Shown piece by piece: positions 12,050-22,148 of a stretch of 64,000 nt of DNA (its first letter is position 1; every line of letters begins with the position of its first letter). Origin of the DNA: an uncultured Nitrospiraceae bacterium. Lineage in GTDB: Bacteria; Nitrospirota; Nitrospiria; Nitrospirales; Nitrospiraceae. Position numbers and translations under genes: made by a program. The stretch spans positions 928,001 through 992,000 of the forward strand of contig CAVSTP010000002.1 of NCBI GenBank assembly GCA_963730935.1, in the 5' to 3' direction. The notes under the pieces are model-generated. The model saw only the letters and a program-made list of their open reading frames with translations. It was not told the origin of the DNA and made no database searches.

Positions 12050-12832
12050 ATGGCACTTCCTGCAGGGCTAAGAAACGTGTTGCTTATCTGTCTGGGGCTA
12101 GTCTTATCGCTCGACACGGGCACCTGTTTCGCCTCCTCGTCGCCTTCGCTGCAAGGCTATCGGCTGGGATCGAATGATGTGGTGCAGGTCCACGTTTATG
12201 GCGAGGACGATCTCAATGTGGAACGCAAGATCGACGGCGACGGGAACATTCAGTATCCGCTGCTGGGGATTCTCTCGGTTGCCGGGAAAACGGCCCGAGA
12301 GTTACAGGATGAACTGACGACCCGGCTGGAAAGAGGTTACATTCGACAGCCCAAAGTAACCGTGTATGTCGTCAAGCACCGTAATTTCTACGTCAGTGGG
12401 GAAGTAAGAGCTGCCGGGGGGTATCCGTACGAAGAAGGCCTGACCGTCCACAAGGCATTGAGTATGGCGGGCGGCTGGACAGAGAAGGCGGAGCGGGGAA
12501 ACGTCAAAGTGAATCGGGTGATCAACGGTGTAACAGAATCGATTGAGGTTGCGTTTGACGAACCGGTGCTGCCCGATGATTTTATCGTCGTTCCACAGAT
12601 GAGGAAAATCTATGTCAACGGGGAGGTCAAGCGAGCAGGTGATTATCCGTATGAGCGAGGCTTGACCGTTCATAAGGTGATAACCATGGCCGGTGGCTTC
12701 ACGGACAAGGCGGCGGAGAGCCGCACGAAGGTGCTCCGGAAGGTCAACGGGAAGGAGCAATCGATTCCAGTCGATTTGGAAACGATCGTCTTGCCAGACG
12801 ATATCCTGGTTGTTCCCAGAAGTTTCTTTTGA
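12050..12832 (+). CDS. Polysaccharide export (OPX) protein: Poly_export plus 2 SLBB domains, no C-terminal helix
   Basis: Signal peptide, YRLGSNDVVQVHVYGEDDL..IDGDGNIQYPLLG, two YV.GEV..G.YPY..GLT..A..MAGG repeats; ends VPRSFF. Confidence 0.92.
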   Translation: MALPAGLRNVLLICLGLVLSLDTGTCFASSSPSLQGYRLGSNDVVQVHVYGEDDLNVERKIDGDGNIQYPLLGILSVAGKTARELQDELTTRLERGYIRQPKVTVYVVKHRNFYVSGEVRAAGGYPYEEGLTVHKALSMAGGWTEKAERGNVKVNRVINGVTESIEVAFDEPVLPDDFIVVPQMRKIYVNGEVKRAGDYPYERGLTVHKVITMAGGFTDKAAESRTKVLRKVNGKEQSIPVDLETIVLPDDILVVPRSFF

Positions 12833-12977
12833 GATGAAACACCATGGCCAGGTTTTGATTCTCTTTCCGAGGGCGTGCCGGCCAGGTTTTCAGAGAAAAT
12901 TGAATTTCCCGCAGGAATCCAGCTCAAAAACGCAAAATCACTTACACCTTCACTGAAGCTTGTGCCGAGGTGACATC

Positions 12978-14433
12978 ATGAAACTTTCAGCAGGGTTAAG
13001 AAACTTGTGGCTTGTATGTCTGGGGTTGCTCTTATCGCTCGACACGGGCACCTGCCTCGCATCTTCGTCGTCTTCGCTACAAAGCTATCGTCTCGGGTCT
13101 AATGATGTGTTGCACATACAGGTCTATGGCGAGGACGACCTTAATGTTGAACGCAAAATCGACGGTGACGGGACCATTCACTACCCGTTGCTCGGGGTCC
13201 TCTCCGTCGCAGGAAAAACGGTTCGAGAGGTACAGGAAGACCTGACGGCCCAGTTGGCTAAAGGTTATGTTCGAAAACCCAAAGTCACGGTGTACGTTGT
13301 CAAACACCGCAATTTCTACGTCAGCGGGGAAGTGAAAACCGCTGGGGGGTATCCGTATGAAGAAGGGCTGACCTTGCATAGGGCATTGAGCATGGCCGGC
13401 GGGCGGACCGAGAAGACGGAGCGAGGGCCCGTGAAGGTGACCCGGCTGACTGGGGGCATCGCCGAGACACTGGTGGCCACGCCAGAGATGGCGGTGCTGC
13501 CCGATGACATTATTGTGGTCGAGGCCGGCAACTACAAATTCTACGTCAGCGGGGAAGTGAAAACCGCTGGGGGGTATCGGTATGAAGAAGGGCTGACCGT
13601 GCATAAGGCAATTAGCTGTGGCCGGCGGGCGGACCGAGAAGGCGGAGCGAGGGCCCGTGAAGGTGACCCGGCTGACTGGCGGCATCGCCGAGACACTGGT
13701 GGCCACGCCAGAGATGGCGGTGCTGCCCGATGACATTATTGTGGTTGAAGCCGGGAACTACAAATTTTACGTGAGCGGGGAAGTGAAGAATCCTAGCGGG
13801 TATCCGCACCGGGATGGCTTGACGGTTCATCAGGCTATTGCGATGGCCGGGGGTCTGACGGAGAAGGCCGAGCGCGGGACATTCCAGACGCTGCGTCGGG
13901 ACAACGGGCATGAAAAAACGATCGCCGTGGGGTTAGACAGTCTGGTGATGCCCGATGACATCATTGTTGTGGCGGAAGGGCAGCGCGTGTATGTGAGTGG
14001 CGAGGTGAAGACCCCGGGACGCTACCTCTATGAAAAGGGGCTGACCGTGCACAAGGCGATCAGTATGGCCGGCGGCTGGACAGAAAAAGCGGATCGGGGA
14101 ACCATCAAAGTGAATCGAGTGACCAACGACGAGACTCAATCAATCGAGACCACGTTGGACGCACCGGTGCTGCCCGATGACTTTATCGTGGTGCCGCAGT
14201 TGAAGAAGATCTATGTCAACGGAGAGGTGAAGCGAGCGGGAGATTATCCCTATGAGCGGGGCCTCACTGTCCATAAGGTGATTACCATGGCGGGTGGTTT
14301 CACGGACAAGGCGGCGGAGAGCCGTACGAAGGTGCTCCGTAAGGTTAACGGGCGGGAGCAGACAATTCCGGTCGATTTGGAAACCATCATCTTGCCAGAA
14401 GATATCCTCGTCGTTCCAAGAAGCTTCTTTTGA
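12978..14433 (+). CDS. Polysaccharide export (OPX) protein paralog with 5 SLBB domains (one-base frameshift near 13617)
   Basis: ORFs 12960..13733 and 13618..14433; termini nearly the same as 12050..12832; five YV.GEVK repeats. Confidence 0.9.
13314..13764 (+). repeat. Near-identical tandem duplication of a 225-bp SLBB-encoding unit
   Basis: ttctacgtcagcggggaagtgaaaaccgctggggggtatc starts at 13314 and 13539; a diverged third start lies at 13765. Confidence 0.92.
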
Positions 14434-14499
14434 TCCTGAGACCTATCTCTGAAGGTCTTGTTCGTTTACGTTACGTATAGCTCGTGCCCGTGAATGTTG

Positions 14500-14539
14500 C
14501 GCCGGCGTGGAATTTGCCCTCCTGCCGGCGTTTTTTTTT
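14500..14539 (+). terminator. Putative intrinsic terminator after the OPX genes
   Basis: cgccggc...gccggcg stem followed by T9. Confidence 0.55.
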
Positions 14540-14805
14540 GTTCGCCGGCGCCTGCGCGGAGGAAGAACGAACTTTGGCTGGAGTGGGCTGGAACAATGAG
14601 ATAGAGTGAGGCGGCGTCGAGTGCAAAATGAGCAGAGTGGCTAATAAACTGAGGAAGTCAGGACAACCACAGTCTGAGCCGACCCAGCACGATACAAGCA
14701 AAGAGAGGTAGCAGAACGGCGGTGCATTCCTTAAAGGGACCGATCGTCTGCTAGGGCCATCCCGCACCAATGTCCTGCAGGGTCATATTGTTGAGTAACT
14801 GAAAG

Positions 14806-16251
14806 ATGCTGTCTTGTACTTTCAACGGTGGCGTGCGGATATTGCAGTGTTCGAGCCGTCTACGCTTAGTCCTTGGCGCATTGGTCCTTGTCAACATGAT
14901 CTCTGTTCCAGGAAAAAGCTGGGGCCAACAGCCAGTAGCGCCTAGCCCGGTAATGGGGGGAATGGGCAATCTCTTTATCTCTCAATTTGCCAATCCCGCG
15001 GTCGTGGGCGCACTCTATGGTATCCCGAAGTTTCCGCTGACCGGCTATTATCCTGTGTACCCCGGTGGGTTCGCTCCGATTAACCCTGAACCCGGCATTG
15101 AGGCGGGGCCTGTACAGCTGCATCCTACGATGGGTGTTGCCGAGATGTACACAGACAACGTCTTTCGCACCCCTAGCGGCACCAAGAGCGACTTCTATAC
15201 GACTCTGGCGCCGGGCATCCAGGCCCAGTTGCCCTTTGCGGGTCGACATCTCTTCATGGTCGATTACCGCACCAACATTCAATATTATTCGAAATTCACA
15301 ACAAACGATGTCCAGGACCAAACGGCGTCTGGTCTCCTGCACTTCAACTTCCCTGGGGGCCTTAAGGTCGATTTGCAGGGGGAGCATAAGCTTGGACACG
15401 ATCCAAGGGGATCGGCAGCGGATCTCCAAACACTGGAGGTCAACAAGTGGACGACGAATGGATTCACCGGACAGGCCGAATATCAGGGTGGCCAGATTGG
15501 GGCCATCGTGACCGGGGGATTTACGCGATGGACTTTTTTGAATAACAATCAAGGTCCCATTCGGGATGGTGTCTACAACTACGGCGGGTTCTCACTCCTC
15601 GGGAATTTTTTTGCTAACACATCCCTAGTCGCTAATTTCCGCGTCCTCAGCACCGCTTATGACCAGAATCAAAATTTAGACAGTACCATTTATACAATGA
15701 GCGCAGGAGCACGATGGACGCCGACCGGGATAACCACGGTTGACTTTCTTGCGGGTTATCAGGTTTTGCAGCTTACTCATGCTCCGGTTAACCAACCGCC
15801 TCCGATCCTAAGTCAGTATAATAGACCACCAGGCTCACCCTCCTCCGCTTCGGGTCCATTCCTCTCAGGGATTCTCACGTGGATTGCGACTCCTACTTTA
15901 AAGCTTGCCGTTCAACCATACCGCTCAATCCAACCGAGTGTGTTTGCCGGCACGTTCTTCTTTACTGCGACAGGCGTGAACCTCTCTGCCGTGCAGACAG
16001 TGACCGACCGGATCGAGCTGACTGCAAATCTAGGATATGAAGACGATGAATTCTCTGAATCCGGCGGGTCTGCACCAGTCGGGCCAGCCAGAAACGACAA
16101 GTTGCGAAACATAGCTGTGGGACTGAATTACCGTGCCGTAAAATGGGTTGGGCTAGGTTTCCAATACGTCTATGAAAACAGGAGCTCTAATCAAGCCTCC
16201 TTTAATTATGATGCAAGCACGTTCATGCTGTCTGCGCAAGCGCTCTTCTAA
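14806..16251 (+). CDS. Outer-membrane beta-barrel protein of EPS export loci (BBP2/EpsX/VpsM-like)
   Basis: Signal peptide, YTDNVF..SDFYTTLAPGI, amphipathic strands, Y.YENRSSN, C-terminal Phe (SAQALF); lies directly after the OPX genes. Confidence 0.8.
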   Translation: MLSCTFNGGVRILQCSSRLRLVLGALVLVNMISVPGKSWGQQPVAPSPVMGGMGNLFISQFANPAVVGALYGIPKFPLTGYYPVYPGGFAPINPEPGIEAGPVQLHPTMGVAEMYTDNVFRTPSGTKSDFYTTLAPGIQAQLPFAGRHLFMVDYRTNIQYYSKFTTNDVQDQTASGLLHFNFPGGLKVDLQGEHKLGHDPRGSAADLQTLEVNKWTTNGFTGQAEYQGGQIGAIVTGGFTRWTFLNNNQGPIRDGVYNYGGFSLLGNFFANTSLVANFRVLSTAYDQNQNLDSTIYTMSAGARWTPTGITTVDFLAGYQVLQLTHAPVNQPPPILSQYNRPPGSPSSASGPFLSGILTWIATPTLKLAVQPYRSIQPSVFAGTFFFTATGVNLSAVQTVTDRIELTANLGYEDDEFSESGGSAPVGPARNDKLRNIAVGLNYRAVKWVGLGFQYVYENRSSNQASFNYDASTFMLSAQALF

Positions 16252-16724
16252 CGATCTGACTGCTGGCTTTAATTCACGGACTATTGCTGGGCTATTAAGA
16301 TTTCTTTTTGAACCGGTTCTAGAATAGGCAAGGCCACGGAGATAAAGACACCGTGCGCTCTGATATGGCTCATGTCCGTCCTGCCGGTCGTCGTCCCACG
16401 CTTCGATCAAGCTGTCGATGCGACTGCCCCCGCGCCTTGTTGATCCAAATCCCCATGCATGCTGTGCCGTATGCTGTTCGGCTGTCGGTGATTCACAGAT
16501 AAGACCTCGTTCCCATTCTTCGGCTAGGCGTGGGAGTCCTCAAAGAGGGCCTCGCCCTGCCTGAACATGGCCGAGGGTTTCCCCCCAGGGGAACCGCTAG
16601 GTATGCGTTGTCCGGTAAGGACGGTAGACTGATTATCCGAAAGGCATGAAAGAACAATCGTCATGGCCTTTGGGTAACAAGTCAATAATGTGGAAATAAC
16701 TCCGGGTGATCAAGGAGGTTCAGC

Positions 16725-16943
16725 ATGATTCGTATTCTATGCACTCTGACCGTTGTCCTTATGGCCGGTGCCATGGTCGCTGGCTGTGCTGATGACCCCT
16801 ATCCCGGTCGCCAACGACCTGCGAACAGCTTCGAGAACGTCGATATGGGACCGCCACAGTCTGGTCAACAATACCGTTTCGACGAACGTCCGCCAGCTTC
16901 AAACAGTGATCCTTATAGCCGTAGCCAACCTGGGCGCTATTAG
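16725..16943 (+). CDS. Small putative lipoprotein
   Basis: AAGGAGG RBS; signal peptide with lipobox VAGC. Confidence 0.7.
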   Translation: MIRILCTLTVVLMAGAMVAGCADDPYPGRQRPANSFENVDMGPPQSGQQYRFDERPPASNSDPYSRSQPGRY

Positions 16944-17015
16944 CGGGACGCTGAAAAGGGGAATTGGGTTCCTTGGGGCTCGGCAGGGGAAGGAAATCGA
17001 TATGGAGGTTTGTAC

Positions 17016-17267
17016 CTATATTGAAGGATGCGCTTCATCCGTCGGTCTATGTTTTCGCTTCCAACGAAGATAGGCCATGTTTAGGATTTGAAAATGCTTA
17101 TCGATAAACACGAATTCTTCCTCATCTAAGGCCCTATCGTCATAGAGCAGATCCCGCAAGACAGAAGCGGATTGCCCAAATTGATGAAGTACGTCGACTC
17201 TGTCGTCCTTCGGAACATGTACATCATGCACGCTGATCTTTTCGCCTACTGGATTTTTGGAAGCCAT
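17016..17267 (-). CDS. Hypothetical protein (83 aa)
   Basis: ATG after AAGGGG; globular-looking composition; fills the intergenic space. Confidence 0.55.
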   Translation of the reverse strand: MASKNPVGEKISVHDVHVPKDDRVDVLHQFGQSASVLRDLLYDDRALDEEEFVFIDKHFQILNMAYLRWKRKHRPTDEAHPSI

Positions 17268-17505
17268 GTTTTACCCCCTTGCGTACTTTAAGGATACTTC
17301 TGCCCTGACATGGCTGACACTGGGGTAAGTCTAGGGGGTTCTTGGCTATCTCATACTCTGACGGGGGCAGCTGGCTTCGATGCCGCCCCCGGTTGTTTGC
17401 CGATCCTCCAGTTGTGCTGCACGGCATCCTTCACGAGGGATGGGCGTGTCCCCTCGCATATCCGCAAGTCTTCCCCTTCTCGCTGCCTGCGAAACACAAT
17501 CCTGC

Positions 17506-18891
17506 CTAGAGCGATCGCAAGAAATTCATCACATTTTGTTTATCGATCTCATTCAAAGCATTGAAATTCTCAATGACTTGATTCGCTTCAGAGGGTGGAA
17601 TAACGCCAGCGCCCGCGCTCGCATGGGCCCGGATGGCTGCCAGCAGATCTTTTGTGCGTCCATCGTGCAGAAAAAAAATCCGTTTCCCAAGACCCCACAG
17701 TGGTGCAGTTCGAAACTCGTCTCCGGCGGCAGCGCCCTGGCTAATGCCATCGGCGAGATTCGGTCCCATGTTGTGTAGGGCTAAATCAGAAAATAAATTC
17801 ACCTCTTTCCTCTGCAAGGCGGCGACTGAAGACTTTCCAGTATGAAGTGTAGGGGTATGGCATAGAGCACAGCCGGTATCTTCGAATAGCTTTCGACCGC
17901 TCACAGTTGACGCATTGTCTGGGGTGGGCGTCGAAGGTGCGAGCAGTCGCATGAAGACCGCGAACTTTACCACATCGCTCGGCGCTTCCAAGGGGTTGAC
18001 CGCGTCGAAATGCGTTGGACTTTCAGGCGTGCTATTGAATTTACACCCTCGAGCTTCATCGCGCTCCTGAGGAAACAGATCACTCGTCACTCCTTGCTCT
18101 ACGTTATAGGCCTCACCAGAGAACAGCTCGAGTGATTTGTTCTGCGCTTTCCACCCAAATCGAGTGATCGTTCCGTCGTTACCGCTTACGTTTGGTCGGC
18201 CCGTCATGTTCGGTTTTCCCCTAATGCCTAACGACAGTTTGGTGGCAGCATTTGCTTGTAGGTTGTCCAGGATCGTATCGTCGTCGATGGCTTCGATGAG
18301 CCCGGCGCCAAAGGTAGGAGTCGGTATTCGAAGAGCCACATTCTGCGTTGCCACGGCGGTGCGGAAGTCCGGCTGATGCAAGACGCAGCCTGGGGCATCG
18401 CTGCGGCCAGTGATGGTGAAAAGCGCTTGCACACCGCCATCTGGTAAGCCGTTTGGAAGGAATTTGAATCGCGCTTCCCGTATCGGTCCGTCGACAGTGA
18501 TGAAAGACGGTATTTCGTTGGTTGCTCCGGCTTTTTTGGCCACAGCGATTTGAGGATTGACTGCCGGACTGCTTCCCCCAATATCTGGTTGGACATGACA
18601 ACCGGCGCAACTATCGAGGTTGAAACGCGGCCCAAGACCTGCTTCTGTATCGGGCAATGTGCCTTGTACCGATCCAACCTCCTCGAATACTTCTCGACCG
18701 ATGGCGAAGGCCTGTTGCTCAACTGACGTGAGGCCCGGAAGCATTCCGCCGGCTCCATTGGAACCAGGGCGCACCCCGGGATCGCTGGCCGTAAATTTTG
18801 CGATCTGAGATTGGACATTGATGGCAAATGCTACGGCCACAATGAAGACGAGCGTTGACACGCCGATCGCGCGACTCATTTTCCCATTCAT
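17506..18891 (-). CDS. Di-heme oxidoreductase (DHOR-family) c-type cytochrome, secreted
   Basis: Signal peptide; GLGPRFN..SCAGCH and CALCH heme motifs; RFGWKA, FSDLALHNMG, FRTAPLWGLG, FLHDGR. Confidence 0.88.
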   Translation of the reverse strand: MNGKMSRAIGVSTLVFIVAVAFAINVQSQIAKFTASDPGVRPGSNGAGGMLPGLTSVEQQAFAIGREVFEEVGSVQGTLPDTEAGLGPRFNLDSCAGCHVQPDIGGSSPAVNPQIAVAKKAGATNEIPSFITVDGPIREARFKFLPNGLPDGGVQALFTITGRSDAPGCVLHQPDFRTAVATQNVALRIPTPTFGAGLIEAIDDDTILDNLQANAATKLSLGIRGKPNMTGRPNVSGNDGTITRFGWKAQNKSLELFSGEAYNVEQGVTSDLFPQERDEARGCKFNSTPESPTHFDAVNPLEAPSDVVKFAVFMRLLAPSTPTPDNASTVSGRKLFEDTGCALCHTPTLHTGKSSVAALQRKEVNLFSDLALHNMGPNLADGISQGAAAGDEFRTAPLWGLGKRIFFLHDGRTKDLLAAIRAHASAGAGVIPPSEANQVIENFNALNEIDKQNVMNFLRSL

Positions 18892-19139
18892 GAGAGCCTC
18901 CCTTCGCACAGTCGGAGAGATTTAGTCGTACAGAAACCCTACTTGCACTAGGGATCGCGATAACTCGGCACGCCCCATTGGGGGTGGCCCCAGTGGCGTC
19001 CGAAACGCGCGGAACCGCGACGTCTTATCAGCAGATTGGAAGAGAGGAAGGCAGCAGAGGGGGGTCCGTCTGTGACGGGCTTGAACTATAACGATTCATT
19101 TCGTCCGGCCTAGACATGGTGTGTTCGCAAGCCGAGAGC

Positions 19140-19155
19140 AAAATACGCGTATTTT
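19140..19155. promoter_or_regulatory. Perfect 16-bp palindrome, candidate regulator site upstream of the di-heme gene
   Basis: AAAATACGCGTATTTT in intergenic DNA. Confidence 0.45.
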
Positions 19156-19220
19156 TCTTGAGGGTCACTCGGAAGAACCCTGGTTATTGAGCGTTGGAGC
19201 CCTTGGGAGGATTTTCTAAT

Positions 19221-19236
19221 CTAGGATAATCCTTAG
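19221..19236. promoter_or_regulatory. Near-palindromic NarL/FixJ/RcsB-type box
   Basis: CTAGGATAATCCTTAG; related TAGG..CC motifs recur in other intergenic regions. Confidence 0.35.
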
Positions 19237-19425
19237 GCGAGGCAATGAAATTCTAAACCAGTCATCCACCCAAGATTCTCTTCTCATCACCCGACGATAG
19301 GTCAGCGCGTGAGGTGGAGTGTGGACAGTTGTCCCTGCCGGACGACTCATTTCGTCGCTGGAAGAAGAGCACGAGAGGAGGGTGGCGCAATCGCCGTTCC
19401 CTCCTCTCGCTTTAGTGATTGGACA

Positions 19426-19800
19426 CTAACAGCCGATACACGGAGTAGGACCGGGCGGAGGAGGAGGCGGTTCAACAGGTGGTGGCGTCACCGGCGGCGG
19501 CGTCACAGGTGGCTGCGTCACCGGCGGATCATCGTGACCGCCGTGACCACGGTGACCGTGCTTGTGTTTCTTGTGGAACAAGTGCTTTGCCCAGCCGTAG
19601 TGGTGACGCTTACCGTGATTGTCACGATCACCGCGTTCCCAACGGTCGCCACGGTCGGCATCTCTCTTGTCATGATGCTTTTTCAGGTCTAGACAATACG
19701 GGCGGCATACCGCTTGTGCCGGCGCCGGCATCAGAGCCGACGTCAGTACACCAATGGAAAATGCCCCCGCGAGGACGAGAGCTAAACGACGTGCCATCAT
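19426..19800 (-). CDS. Small secreted His-, Pro- and Cys-rich protein
   Basis: AAGGAGG RBS; signal ending APAQA; mature chain has CRPYC, a His-rich block, PPVT repeats and a terminal CIGC. Confidence 0.78.
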   Translation of the reverse strand: MMARRLALVLAGAFSIGVLTSALMPAPAQAVCRPYCLDLKKHHDKRDADRGDRWERGDRDNHGKRHHYGWAKHLFHKKHKHGHRGHGGHDDPPVTQPPVTPPPVTPPPVEPPPPPPGPTPCIGC

Positions 19801-19870
19801 ATGGATGCCTCCTTTGCAGTCCTTCAGCATCATCCTGATGCCGAAAGATCGACCAACACCAGGCAATGTG

Positions 19871-19886
19871 AGCAGAAGTCATGCCA
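19871..19886 (-). promoter_or_regulatory. Putative sigma54 -24/-12 promoter
   Basis: Minus strand TGGCATGACTTCTGCT with exact GG-N10-GC spacing, 70 nt before ATG 19800. Confidence 0.65.
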
Positions 19887-20026
19887 AGAGAGGATGTAAG
19901 AAATACAAACGACTAGCTGATTGATGATCCGTACCATTATGTTTCAGCGGCCGACAAATCGCTGCTCGCGACACACCCACCGTCTCTATGATGCTCATAA
20001 TGCTATCAACCTGACGCGCTTCAGCT

Positions 20027-20055
20027 TTGCCTATTCCTCTTTTGCTCTCTACAAT
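20027..20055 (+). promoter_or_regulatory. Putative sigma70 promoter
   Basis: TTGCCT-N17-TACAAT about 50 nt before ATG 20105. Confidence 0.5.
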
Positions 20056-20104
20056 AGGAATCTCAATACACAATTTTCGAAGGACACTCACAAGCGAGGG
20101 CATT

Positions 20105-20404
20105 ATGCGATCAATAACACTTCTGAGAGCGATCGTCGTATTTCTTCTTCTGGCCTGTTGGATAGGCTTGGTACCTCTTGGCGAGAGGGGTCACATCCAT
20201 GCCGCTGAGCAGGCCGATTTGCTCGACATCAACACTGCCACTACTGAGCAATTGAAGGCGCTGCCCGGGATTGGCGACGCCTACGCAGAAAAGATCATCA
20301 AGGGCCGGCCGTATAGGAGCAAGGATGAGTTAGTGAAGAAGCAGATTCTTCCACGAGCGACTTACGAACAAATCAAATACAAGATCATCGCGAAGCAGAA
20401 GTGA
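20105..20404 (+). CDS. ComEA-like helix-hairpin-helix DNA-binding protein with signal peptide
   Basis: [36 protein letters not shown]. Confidence 0.88.
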   Translation: MRSITLLRAIVVFLLLACWIGLVPLGERGHIHAAEQADLLDINTATTEQLKALPGIGDAYAEKIIKGRPYRSKDELVKKQILPRATYEQIKYKIIAKQK

Positions 20405-20586
20405 GTCTTTTTGTCTAGATGGTCCGGGTAGAATTGGTCAGAAGATAGAGGGATTGAGCGATGGAGCGAAACGAATATGATCAGCTTGAAAGAGCTGTGG
20501 CAAACCGAGCACTCACATCAAGGGCTGGAAACGCGGGAACTATCAAGCTGGGGACATAAGGCGGGATAGGTCTGTTGGGCGAGATC

Positions 20587-21177
20587 TTAACTATTTCGTG
20601 AGGTCATTCTCACATTCCATTCACGCGCCAATTTTTGCGCCTCGGCAACCTGACTCGGACTCATTTCATCGGCCACCCGATCGCGCCATCTTTTACCTTC
20701 GTCATACCCATGTGCGGTCGCCAGGTTGTACCACATATGCGCTCGCACGAGATCATGAGGCACCCCGTGGGCTGTATGATAAAGACGACCAATCACGAAC
20801 ATCGCCCGGCCGTGACCCTGTTCAGCCGCTAGACCACACCAGCGTAGGGACTCTTGGTAATCCTGAGGCACGCCTTGCCCTCGCTCAGACAACTCGCAAA
20901 TTTTGTATTGTCCGTCCCGATTTCCCTGCATGGCAGCGAGCCGATACCAATGGGCGGCTTCCGTATAGCTCTGCGGCACTCCCATTCCCTTTTCGTATCG
21001 CAGGCCTAGATTGTATTGATCCTCGGCAGTTCCTCTCTCGGCGTTTGCGAGAAGATGTTCCGTCTCAATTGCTTGATCAGTGAGTCCATCGGATGGCACT
21101 GGCTTTCGATCCATGCATGCAATGGAGAGCATGGACAGGGCCATCACCAGACAGAAGAGCGGAACGCGCGTGGTCAT
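20587..21177 (-). CDS. Sel1-repeat lipoprotein
   Basis: Lipobox-like SIAC; repeats QYNLG.RY.KG.GVPQ.Y.EA..WY..AA.QG; AHMWYNLA. Confidence 0.88.
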   Translation of the reverse strand: MTTRVPLFCLVMALSMLSIACMDRKPVPSDGLTDQAIETEHLLANAERGTAEDQYNLGLRYEKGMGVPQSYTEAAHWYRLAAMQGNRDGQYKICELSERGQGVPQDYQESLRWCGLAAEQGHGRAMFVIGRLYHTAHGVPHDLVRAHMWYNLATAHGYDEGKRWRDRVADEMSPSQVAEAQKLAREWNVRMTSRNS

Positions 21178-21604
21178 GTTCTCACCTTGTAGTGGAACCG
21201 GGCACTCTTCCGCCTCTGGGCATTCCCCTAGTTTTTGGGCCGAAGCGAAAGAGACAGTACAGTGCGGCTGAGTGAGGAGCGTGCAAAACTCCCGAGAAAC
21301 ACTGAAATAATCAAGTGTCGAGTTAGTCGGTCGATTTCTTGAATGTCGCTCACCTCGCTCCATGTCAGGATAGACGGCTGAGACCTGTAGTTGGTTACAC
21401 AACTAGGGGAGGCAGGTGAGAGAAAGATGAACGATTCGTTTGGCCCATCATGGTCCGCAGTGGTGCTGGCCCAGGCGGTGTGTACGGTCGTCAGTAACAA
21501 AAATCTGTCCGCCGATTACCAAAAAACGCTCTTCGTTCACCTCCCATAGGCAGACTTCCTTCAAACATTCCATTGCGTTATGGGCTTCTTGAAGCCCCGC
21601 ATAT

Positions 21605-21620
21605 CGGCATGACACTTGCT
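21605..21620 (+). promoter_or_regulatory. Putative sigma54 -24/-12 promoter of the minor pilin operon
   Basis: CGGCATGACACTTGCT, about 50 nt before ATG 21670. Confidence 0.7.
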
Positions 21621-21669
21621 CCCTTCTGCGCACGGTCGGGTCCCGTGTTTCCAATGAAGCGATAACACT

Positions 21670-22131
21670 ATGCCTTCAAACCACGTACAAAATGACAGCG
21701 GCTTTACTCTCCTGGAAATTCTCATTGCCTGCAGCATCCTCGGCATTCTCACGGCGCTGGCTGTGCCCTCGTTTTCGTTATGGATCGCGCGACAGCAACT
21801 TCGTCAAGCCACCACCGAGCTGGCGGGTAACTATGCGATGGCGAGAACTGCAGCGATGAGCCGCGGATCCGGAGTCACGGTGACGACGGCAATGACCGGT
21901 GGAAAAGCCACTCTTACATTCGGGGGAAACGTCTTTAAACCCGTGACACTCAGTGAGCGCGTCACCAATATCACTGCCGCCACAGTAGGCTTCAATCCAT
22001 ACGGGGGACGTTCCGGAGGAGGCGCAGCCAACACGCTCATCGTGGTGACCCCCTCGCAGGGCCAAGCCTATTCCGTCGCAGTCAGCCCTTCGGGGAGAGT
22101 CTTTTGGTGTGCCACGTCCTCGTGCCCTTAG
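21670..22131 (+). CDS. fimT: FimT/FimU (GspH-like) minor pilin
   Basis: Class III signal GFTLLEILI; ARTAAMSRG; FNPYG; VSPSGRV. Confidence 0.88.
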   Translation: MPSNHVQNDSGFTLLEILIACSILGILTALAVPSFSLWIARQQLRQATTELAGNYAMARTAAMSRGSGVTVTTAMTGGKATLTFGGNVFKPVTLSERVTNITAATVGFNPYGGRSGGGAANTLIVVTPSQGQAYSVAVSPSGRVFWCATSSCP

Positions 22132-22148
22132 CGTAGGAGGAGACTGTC

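Noticed and set aside
13077..13736. Antisense 219-aa ORF with an internal repeat
   Set aside because: Shadow of the duplicated SLBB coding sequence.
13314..13764. CRISPR array or other non-coding repeat
   Set aside because: The unit is 225 bp, in frame, encodes an SLBB domain and has no spacers.
19309..19692. Arg-rich plus-strand ORF
   Set aside because: Antisense shadow of the Pro/His-rich gene, which has the RBS, signal peptide and promoter.
21228..21654. Small minus-strand ORFs between the Sel1 gene and fimT
   Set aside because: Fragmentary; they overlap promoter-like elements and show no recognisable product.
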